DNA from: Thermoplasmata archaeon
GTDB taxonomy: Archaea; Thermoplasmatota; DTKX01; JAHFTX01
Assembly: GCA_023265395.1 (NCBI GenBank)
Contig: JAHFTX010000008.1
Location: forward strand, 9,604-73,603
DNA length: 64,000 bases
Reading direction: 5' to 3'
A model generated the notes under the pieces. That model had not been told where the DNA came from and ran no database searches. It saw nothing but the letters and a program-made list of their open reading frames with translations. Shown in pieces: positions 56,956 through 64,000 of this stretch (positions are counted from its first letter, which is position 1; each line of letters opens with the position of its first letter). Position numbers and translations under genes: made by a program.

Positions 56956-58425
56956 CTACTCCGCCTTCGCCTTCTTGGGCTTGGTCCTCTTGGGAGCGTC
57001 CACGGTTGGCGAAGCCGCAGGCGTCACCACGGCCGGGGCCGATGCAGCCTTGGTGGCGTAGGCCGGGTGGTATTTCTTGATGAACTTGGTGTCGATGCGG
57101 GTCAGTTGGCTCTCTTCGAGGGTCGAGAGCAGATTCCAGAAGTGGCCGAGCGTCGTGGTGATCTGCCGATCCTCGTCACGACCTTGCCGAACCAGCTTGT
57201 CCTCGAAGATATCAGCGAATTCGAGGAACTTGCGGTCCCGCGGCGAGAGCGCCTCCTTTCCAACGATCGCCACCAGACCGCGCAGGTCTCGCCCTTCGGC
57301 GTAGGCCGCGTACACTTGGTCGGAGACTGCCTTGTGGTCCTCTCGAGTATGCTTGGCACCGATGCCGGAGTTCATCAACCGACTGAGCGAGGGCAGCACG
57401 TTGATCGGGGGATAGATTCCCTTGCGGTGGAGTTCGCGACTGACGACTATCTGGCCCTCGGTGATGTACCCGGTGAGGTCGGGGATAGGGTGGGTGATGT
57501 CGTCCCCGGGCATCGTCAGGATCGGGAACTGGGTCACCGACCCGGTTCGTCCCTTGATCTTGCCTGCGCGTTCATAGATGGTCGAGAGGTCGGTGTACAT
57601 GTACCCAGGATAGCCACGCCGACCGGGGACTTCCTCACGCGCGGCCCCGATCTCGCGCAGCGACTCGCAATAGTTGGTCATGTCCGTCAGGACAACCAGC
57701 ACGTGCATGCCCTTGGTATAGGCAAGGTATTCCGCAGCCGTCAGCGCCAATCGCGGGGTGATCAATCGCTCGATCGCTGGGTCGTTGGCAAGGTTGAGGA
57801 AGACGGTGGCCCGCTTGAGCGCACCTGTGCGTTCGAAGTCGGCCATGAAGTACTGCGCTTCCTCGTTCGTGATGCCCATCGCACCGAAGATCACTGCGAA
57901 GTCCTCGCCTTCGCCAAGCACCTTGGCTTGTCGGGCGATCTGGAGGGCGATATCGTTGTGCGGGAGTCCTGAGCCCGAAAAGATCGGGAGCTTCTGACCT
58001 CGCACGAGGGTGTTCATGCCGTCGATGGTGCTGATCCCTGTCTGGATGAATTCCGCCGGCGATTCGCGAGCATAGGGATTGATGGCGGCGCCGTTGATGT
58101 CCAATCGGTCCTCTGGGACGATCGGGGGACCGCCATCGAGGGGCTCGCCGCTTCCGCTGAGGATTCGTCCGAGGAGTCCCAGTGAAACCGGGAGCTTGAA
58201 CGTCTCACCGAGGAATTTGACGCCGCTCCCGCGGTCGATCCCTGAGGTCCCTTCGAAGACTTGGACGACGACGAGGTCATGGCTGCTGTCGAGCACTTGG
58301 CCACGCTTCCGTTCGCCGTCAGGCAGCAGCAAGCTGACCAGCTCTCCATAGGCCACCGGCTCGGTCTTGTTGGCGAAGACCAGCGGTCCCTTGATGTCGG
58401 TGATCGTGTGGTATTCCTTGACCAT
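56956..58425 (-). CDS. atpB: A/V-type ATP synthase subunit B
   Basis: KEY.T...[50 protein letters not shown]. Confidence 0.97.
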   Translation of the reverse strand: MVKEYHTITDIKGPLVFANKTEPVAYGELVSLLLPDGERKRGQVLDSSHDLVVVQVFEGTSGIDRGSGVKFLGETFKLPVSLGLLGRILSGSGEPLDGGPPIVPEDRLDINGAAINPYARESPAEFIQTGISTIDGMNTLVRGQKLPIFSGSGLPHNDIALQIARQAKVLGEGEDFAVIFGAMGITNEEAQYFMADFERTGALKRATVFLNLANDPAIERLITPRLALTAAEYLAYTKGMHVLVVLTDMTNYCESLREIGAAREEVPGRRGYPGYMYTDLSTIYERAGKIKGRTGSVTQFPILTMPGDDITHPIPDLTGYITEGQIVVSRELHRKGIYPPINVLPSLSRLMNSGIGAKHTREDHKAVSDQVYAAYAEGRDLRGLVAIVGKEALSPRDRKFLEFADIFEDKLVRQGRDEDRQITTTLGHFWNLLSTLEESQLTRIDTKFIKKYHPAYATKAASAPAVVTPAASPTVDAPKRTKPKKAKAE

Positions 58426-58426
58426 A

Positions 58427-60166
58427 CTAGGCGCCTCCCATCGTTGCGAACTCCTTGTCCATGCTCTTGCGCGTCGCTGCCATCTTCTCGAGGAAACCCG
58501 GCTCGAAGCGCAGTCGCGCCAATTGCTCCTTGGCCGAGACCCCGAGGATCTTCTCGAGCGGGACTTCCCGCGTGAGCGCGTCATTGGCCGAGGTGCTGTA
58601 TTGGCGGATCGCCGAGAGGATCTCGAGTTGGTTCTCCAGCGGGCAGAACGTGTCGATCTGATGGTAGGCGTTCTGCTGGAGGAACACCTCGCGAATCAGC
58701 CGGGCGACGTCGAGGAGGAGTTGTTGCTCTTGCGGCAAGGCGTCGCTGCCCACCAGTTGTACGATCTCCTGGAGTTCGGCTTCTTTCTGGAGGACCCCCA
58801 TCGTCCATGCCTTGAGGCCTTCCCAATCGGCACTGACCTCGTGGGCATACCAGTCCTTGAGGATGGGGCCGTAGAGGCTGTAGGAGTTGAGCCAGTTGAT
58901 CGCGGGAAAATGGCGCCTCTGGGCGAGCTTGGCGTCGAGGGCCCAGAACACCTTGACGATGCGCAGGGTGTTCTGGGTGACTGGCTCGCTGAAGTCGCCA
59001 CCGGGTGGGGAGACGGCGCCGATGACGCTGACCGACCCCTCGGCCCCGTTGATCGTCTTGACCCGACCGGCCCGCTCGTAGAACGCGCTGAGCTTCGTGG
59101 CCAAATAGGCCGGATAGCCCTCCTCACCGGGCATCTCCTCGAGGCGGCTGCTGATCTCGCGCATCGCCTCTGCCCATCGTGAGGTCGAATCAGCCATCAG
59201 CGAGACGGCATACCCCTGGTCGCGATAGTATTCGGCGATGGTGATTCCCGTGTAGACCGAAGCCTCGCGCGCGGCGACTGGCATGTTCGAGGTGTTGGCG
59301 ATCAACACCGTCCGTTCCATGAGCGGGGAGTCGGTCTTGGGGTCCTGCAAGTGTGGGAACTCCGTGAGCACCTCGGTCATCTCGTTGCCTCGCTCTCCGC
59401 AGCCGATGTAGACGACAATCTGGGCGTCTGACCATTTGGCCAGCTGTTGTTGTGTCACGGTCTTGCCGCTGCCGAAGGGCCCGGGAATCGCAGCGGTCCC
59501 CCCTTTGGCCAGCGGGAAGAGGCCGTCGAAGATGCGCTGTCCCGTGACGAGTGGGATTTCGGGGCGGAGCTTCTCGTGGTGGGGCCGTGGGACTCGTACT
59601 GGCCAACGATGCATCAGCCGCAAGGGGGTGCCATCCTTCAGGGTCCCAATCACCTCGTCCACGGTGAAGGATCCGGCTGTCAGGGTGGCGATCTCACCCT
59701 TGACCTTGGGCGGGACAAGGATGCGGTGGACGATGTGCGTGGTCTCCTGCACCGTCCCGAGCACCTGGCCACCCTTGACGACGGTCCCCGGCGTCACAGC
59801 GGGGGTGAACGCCCACTTCTTGGCGTGGTCGAGGCCCGGTGCGCTGACACCGCGCTTGATGAAATCCCCCATCTTGCTCAGTAGCACCGGGAGCGGGCGC
59901 TGAATCCCGTCATAGATGGAGGTCAACAGGCCTGGTCCCAGCTCGACCGCTAGGGGCAGACCCGTGGTCGAGACCGGTTCGCCCGGGCGGATACCAGACG
60001 TATCCTCGTACACCTGGATGATGCTCTTGTCGCCACGGAGCTCGATGACCTCACCCATCAATCCTTCGTTCCCGACCAGGACCACGTCGTACATGCGCGG
60101 GCTGATCCCCCGCGCGGTGACGACGGGTCCTGAGATCCGGTAGATCTCACCCTTGTCTTCAGCCAT
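58427..60166 (-). CDS. atpA: A/V-type ATP synthase subunit A (intein-free)
   Basis: [53 protein letters not shown]. Confidence 0.97.
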   Translation of the reverse strand: MAEDKGEIYRISGPVVTARGISPRMYDVVLVGNEGLMGEVIELRGDKSIIQVYEDTSGIRPGEPVSTTGLPLAVELGPGLLTSIYDGIQRPLPVLLSKMGDFIKRGVSAPGLDHAKKWAFTPAVTPGTVVKGGQVLGTVQETTHIVHRILVPPKVKGEIATLTAGSFTVDEVIGTLKDGTPLRLMHRWPVRVPRPHHEKLRPEIPLVTGQRIFDGLFPLAKGGTAAIPGPFGSGKTVTQQQLAKWSDAQIVVYIGCGERGNEMTEVLTEFPHLQDPKTDSPLMERTVLIANTSNMPVAAREASVYTGITIAEYYRDQGYAVSLMADSTSRWAEAMREISSRLEEMPGEEGYPAYLATKLSAFYERAGRVKTINGAEGSVSVIGAVSPPGGDFSEPVTQNTLRIVKVFWALDAKLAQRRHFPAINWLNSYSLYGPILKDWYAHEVSADWEGLKAWTMGVLQKEAELQEIVQLVGSDALPQEQQLLLDVARLIREVFLQQNAYHQIDTFCPLENQLEILSAIRQYSTSANDALTREVPLEKILGVSAKEQLARLRFEPGFLEKMAATRKSMDKEFATMGGA

Positions 60167-60259
60167 GGCTACCACGCACCTGATTCAGTCCGACGTGCGT
60201 CGGTCCGAATGATGGAATAGGATATCCGCCAGTTGCTGGCGACGTCAACGGTGCGGCCG

Positions 60260-60556
60260 TCACTTCCAAAGGTCCACCCCCACCGCCTGCTTGATTCGTT
60301 CGCGCAGGTCGACCTCCTCCACTTTGCCAATCGAGATGACCACCGGGTCGATGCTGTTGCTCAATCGCCGTCGGAGCAGTGGTGGCAGGCGAATCCAGTC
60401 TTCATTGTCGACCACCAGGATTCCCACGTCTCCCTCGTCGGTGACCTTGACCAACGTCTCTTCGAGCTGCTCGAATTCGACGGCGTGGGTCCTGCGCACC
60501 CCCGCCAGGCGGAACCCTAGGACGAAACGAGGATTCCCGACCACTGCTAGCTCCAT
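60260..60556 (-). CDS. atpF: A/V-type ATP synthase subunit F
   Basis: AVVG...FVLGFRLAGV, LRERIKQAVGVDLW. Confidence 0.95.
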   Translation of the reverse strand: MELAVVGNPRFVLGFRLAGVRRTHAVEFEQLEETLVKVTDEGDVGILVVDNEDWIRLPPLLRRRLSNSIDPVVISIGKVEEVDLRERIKQAVGVDLWK

Positions 60557-60567
60557 CCTCTCCCCTC

Positions 60568-61641
60568 CTACGTCCGCAACATCGCTCGGATGGTCGCATG
60601 GTCGAGTCCGCGGTCGAGGCCACGGGCGATGATTCGGATGTTGTCTGCCTCTGCCCTCTTGTGGATGATGAAGGCCAGGACGGGTAGTGCTGACAAGGGA
60701 TAGAGTGATGCCAGCTTGGCGCTGAAGCGCAGCATGTAATGGTCAAGGGCACTCAATACCGGGCTGAGATCCTTGGCGGCGCCCATGGACTCGACGGCCT
60801 CACGGAGCTGCTCGTAGACGGGGAGCGAGGCAAGCTCGGTGACCAGCCCGTCAAGGCCCTCTGCGCTCGCGAGCCGCCGAAGGTCCGCATCGGGCAGCTC
60901 GATGCCACCGCGCACGAGATTCTCAAGGACCTGCTCCGCAGCGAGGTCCTCGGCCTTCATCTTGAAGAGGGTCCGGAGATTCACCACATCGACTTCGTGG
61001 CGCAAGAAGTTGAGGAATTGCAAGTTGGCCGGCGAGGTCGGCGTCACGACGCGGAACAGGTTGGCGTAATAGGCCTTGTCCAACTGGTTCTCGACGGAGG
61101 CGAGGTCAAGCTGGCCGCCCTCGCCGCGGCCCGAGGCGATGACGGAGTGGTAATCGGTCTGAGAGAGGTTGTCGATGACGTCCGCGAGATTCTCGATGTT
61201 GGCCAGCGCTGCAAGGTACTCGTAGCTGAACTCCCCAGCGGCGACGATATCCTCGAGGATCTCCTGGACGGGGATGCCGTTACTCTTGCCCCGGAGGATG
61301 ACCTTCAGGTTGGCAACGTCCCATCGGCGCAGGTAAAGGGCCACCATCGCCTGCAGTTCGCCCTCGCACCAGCCGAGGATCTGCCGGAAATTGTGGGCCA
61401 GGTTGAGGGAGGTCGCCCATTCGATCAGGTCGACGCTGCCATAGCGAGGGGCCAGCTCCTCGATCTCGGCACGATAACTGCTCTCCCCTATGGTGCGGCT
61501 GAGCTCTGGCAAGCTGAGCATCAGCATCTTCTCGTAGTTCTCCCTGGGCTGGAGCTCTGCACGTCGCGCACGGACGCGGGTCGTGACGTAGGCATAGTTC
61601 CCATGCTCGCGGTACTTGCGCAAGAACCGAAGGATCGTCAC
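60568..61641 (-). CDS. atpC: A/V-type ATP synthase subunit C
   Basis: Y.YV.TRVRA, YL.RWD..NLK.ILRG, EVD..NL.T, K..E..NIR.IARG; position in operon. Confidence 0.93.
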   Translation of the reverse strand: MTILRFLRKYREHGNYAYVTTRVRARRAELQPRENYEKMLMLSLPELSRTIGESSYRAEIEELAPRYGSVDLIEWATSLNLAHNFRQILGWCEGELQAMVALYLRRWDVANLKVILRGKSNGIPVQEILEDIVAAGEFSYEYLAALANIENLADVIDNLSQTDYHSVIASGRGEGGQLDLASVENQLDKAYYANLFRVVTPTSPANLQFLNFLRHEVDVVNLRTLFKMKAEDLAAEQVLENLVRGGIELPDADLRRLASAEGLDGLVTELASLPVYEQLREAVESMGAAKDLSPVLSALDHYMLRFSAKLASLYPLSALPVLAFIIHKRAEADNIRIIARGLDRGLDHATIRAMLRT

Positions 61642-61661
61642 CCTATCCCCCCATTGAGCCC

Positions 61662-62225
61662 CTAGGCGCTCCGCGCAGGGAAAAGCTGCTGGCTGAGCTT
61701 CGCGAGCCGCGTGTCGATGAGTTCCTCAAGGAGGGTATCGTAGGTGAGGTCAAGGCGGACGGTCCGGTCTGCGCTCTCGACGATGATCCCTCCCATGCAG
61801 GGGATGTCTCCGCCGTATTTGAGTGAGGTGATGCTCTGGACGAAGAGGCGGTTGCGCGCGTTGGCATATATCGTTGCACCCCCTTTCTCGTTGGCCTTGA
61901 TCAGGCTGCGGAGTAGCTCCTGATCCTGCTTCTCGGGCAACACGGCGATGCGAGCTTTTGTGCGCTCGAGCAGCCCTTCGAGGACCTCGCGCTCCATGTG
62001 GAGGCGTCGTCTGGAGACCTCCAGCTCAGCGTTCGCCAACTCCCTCAAGCGGACGAGTTCTCCTTCCTCCTTGGCGGTTGTGCGCCGTTTTTCCTTGAGT
62101 GCGGCCGCCCGCAGGTTGGCCTCGGCCACGAGCTTCGAGCCCGTGCTCTCGCCCTCCTTGCGCAACTGCTGAGCACTGCGCTTGCCCTCGGCGATGATGC
62201 TGTCGATGACCTGTTCGAGTCCCAT
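61662..62225 (-). CDS. atpE: A/V-type ATP synthase subunit E
   Basis: MGLEQVI..I, coiled coil, GGIIVES.D..VR.DLTYDT.L; position in operon. Confidence 0.92.
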   Translation of the reverse strand: MGLEQVIDSIIAEGKRSAQQLRKEGESTGSKLVAEANLRAAALKEKRRTTAKEEGELVRLRELANAELEVSRRRLHMEREVLEGLLERTKARIAVLPEKQDQELLRSLIKANEKGGATIYANARNRLFVQSITSLKYGGDIPCMGGIIVESADRTVRLDLTYDTLLEELIDTRLAKLSQQLFPARSA

Positions 62226-62306
62226 GGTCGATCCTCCCCCCCCGATGGCACGGCCGGCGAACCGGCCGCGCAATCCAGAGGTGGGTGTGTTGCCTTCCTT
62301 CCGCCT

Positions 62307-62642
62307 TCAGATATTTCCCATCAGCAGGAACGCGATAACGAACCCGAAGAGGACGATGGTCTCGGGCAGGGCGACGAAGACGATCGCCTTACCGAAGTTC
62401 TTCTCGTTCTCCGCGGTCGCACCGACGCCGGCGGCACCAATCTGGCTCTGTGCCACTCCGGTCCCAAGTCCCGCAAGCCCGATGGCCAGGCCCGCACCTA
62501 TGGCCAGGAACCCGGCCCCGTCGCTCACGTCGCTTCCCTGGGCTGTTGCTCCCCCGACCATCATGCCGCCGCCGATCACGAGGACCAGCGAGGCCACGAG
62601 GGTTCGGCGAAGCCAGCCGTTGTTGTTCTTTGCGTTCTCCAC
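62307..62642 (-). CDS. atpK: A/V-type ATP synthase proteolipid subunit K (c) with N-terminal extra hydrophobic segment
   Basis: AIGAGLAIGLAG.G.G.AQ..IG.A..GA.AE...FGK...F.ALPET. GTG at 62642 preceded by SD GAGGTGA. Confidence 0.92.
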   Translation of the reverse strand: MENAKNNNGWLRRTLVASLVLVIGGGMMVGGATAQGSDVSDGAGFLAIGAGLAIGLAGLGTGVAQSQIGAAGVGATAENEKNFGKAIVFVALPETIVLFGFVIAFLLMGNI

Positions 62643-62684
62643 AATCTCACCTCTGGATGTACTGAGTATCACTGAATATCAACC

Positions 62685-63998
62685 TCATCCCGACCCCACC
62701 GCATAGGTGTATCGACGGGTCGTGCCGAAAGGGGTGAACTTGCGTCCTCCCCCCTTGAAGAATTTCAGGAACCATTCCACGTAATGCAATCGAACGGCCT
62801 GGATTCCGCTGCTGAGCGCACCCAGCACGAAGACCATCGCTTGAACGACGAAAAGGACGATTGCTCCGCCGATGAGCGCGGGGATGCCCCCGATTCCGAT
62901 GATGGAGAGGGCTAGGCTGTTGAGCGCCAGGACCAGAGCTGCCTTCCCCACCGCGATGGCTGCGAGTCGGGTGTAGGAAATCAAATTCGTGACCAAGCCA
63001 AGGACTTCGAGGATCTCCAAGAATCCACTGGTGGCGACGAGTGCCACGATGCCGATGAGAACGATCATGATGGCAATCTGCAACGAGCCGGTCAAGGGGA
63101 TGCCGGCGAACTCTCCGAGCGCGAAAGGTCTGGCGAACAGGTCGCCCCGGACCATGCCGACCATGGTCGTCAGGGTCAGGGAAAGCCCCACGAGCACCAC
63201 CAACCAAGCGAGTTTCGCCGCGGCGTGCCGCGGGTGGTGCTCACGCTCGTTGATGAAGCCAATCACGAAGCCGATGAAAATCTGGATCATCCCGATGACG
63301 AGGGCGAATTTGAGCATGAATCGCACGTCGGCCACCTCAAGCTTGAACAACATCGGGTAATGGAACAGCAGAGTCCCTTGGTAGGCGACGTCATACTGGT
63401 GTGCCACCTCCATGCCGAAAGCCTCAGCATACTGGGTGAACTCGAACCCGAACGCCTCGGCGAAGACGAAGATCCCGAAGAAGAGGGTCCAGATGCCGCC
63501 GCCGATGAGCAGCTTGCCGAACCGCTGCCCTTCCTCGTCGGTTGCACCCCGCAGGAAGTAAAACCCAAAGAGGATCAACAGGGTACCGTAGCCAGCGTCC
63601 CCGATCATCATGCCAAAGAAGAAGGGAAAGGTCAAGGCTAACAAGAACGTGGGGTCGATCTCACCATAGCGTGGGATCGAGTAGAGGTCCATCAAGAACT
63701 CGACCGGCCGCATGACCTTCGGGTTGCGGAGGGCCACGGGCGGTTCCTCGGCAGGGTCAGGCTCATGATGGGCGCCCTCATCCCCTGCAGGTTCGTCCTG
63801 CAACGGGAGCAGTTCGAGGTGAGCACCTGCGGGCAGCAGGCCGGCGAGCCGGGGGAGATCCGCGTGCTTGACGAACCCTTCGATCAGGAAGGCGTTCTTG
63901 GTGACCGCAAATCGCAAGGGACTCTCCGCCTTCTGCACATCGATCGAGAGCAGTTCTTCGGCCGCCAGGAGGAACCCCTCGTGCTCCTTTCGAAGGGC
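62685..63998 (-). CDS. atpI: A/V-type ATP synthase subunit I (a); 5' partial
   Basis: P.Y.EIDPT, FP.FFG.M.GD.GYG, ISYTRLAA, RLHYVEWF.KFF.GGG..F.PF. Frame is open to the window edge. Confidence 0.96.
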   Translation of the reverse strand, partial: ALRKEHEGFLLAAEELLSIDVQKAESPLRFAVTKNAFLIEGFVKHADLPRLAGLLPAGAHLELLPLQDEPAGDEGAHHEPDPAEEPPVALRNPKVMRPVEFLMDLYSIPRYGEIDPTFLLALTFPFFFGMMIGDAGYGTLLILFGFYFLRGATDEEGQRFGKLLIGGGIWTLFFGIFVFAEAFGFEFTQYAEAFGMEVAHQYDVAYQGTLLFHYPMLFKLEVADVRFMLKFALVIGMIQIFIGFVIGFINEREHHPRHAAAKLAWLVVLVGLSLTLTTMVGMVRGDLFARPFALGEFAGIPLTGSLQIAIMIVLIGIVALVATSGFLEILEVLGLVTNLISYTRLAAIAVGKAALVLALNSLALSIIGIGGIPALIGGAIVLFVVQAMVFVLGALSSGIQAVRLHYVEWFLKFFKGGGRKFTPFGTTRRYTYAVGSG

Positions 63999-64000
63999 CT

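Noticed and set aside
58427-60166. AtpA as host or source of the free HINT domain (VMA intein)
   Set aside because: AtpA is of normal length with uninterrupted GSGKT and GCGER motifs.
60176-60259. Short hairpins in the atpF-atpA gap
   Set aside because: Stems of about 6 bp are expected in GC-rich DNA and there is no further support.

Overview
High-GC archaeal chromosomal DNA, most likely Thermoplasmatota. This is inferred from TBP, proteasome alpha, the aIF5A-agmatinase pair, an A-type ATP synthase, a headless complex I-like operon, DnaJ, and large CARDB/PKD/FG-GAP surface proteins behind GAAAGGTTA-type BRE/TATA promoters. Housekeeping genes: rqcH, thiolase, tbp, TatD, psmA, hisGDCHAB, purC, valS, nuoABCDHI, JAMM protease, aIF5A, speB, dnaJ, trm11, ftsZ, rlmE and atpIKECFABD. 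Six large membrane-anchored surface proteins are interspersed among them. I saw no rRNA, tRNA, CRISPR array or mobile element. The most notable items are: (1) a Rab-like small GTPase with recognisable RabF motifs but a degenerate P-loop and switch II; (2) an integrin-alpha-like seven-bladed receptor whose cytoplasmic tail looks like a longin domain plus an adaptin/BBSome-type appendage; (3) a free-standing, catalytically degenerate intein (HINT) domain gene; (4) an attenuator-like his leader; (5) two small membrane ORFs missed by the ORF track, one directly after atpD. All assignments come from motif recognition by eye; no searches were run.
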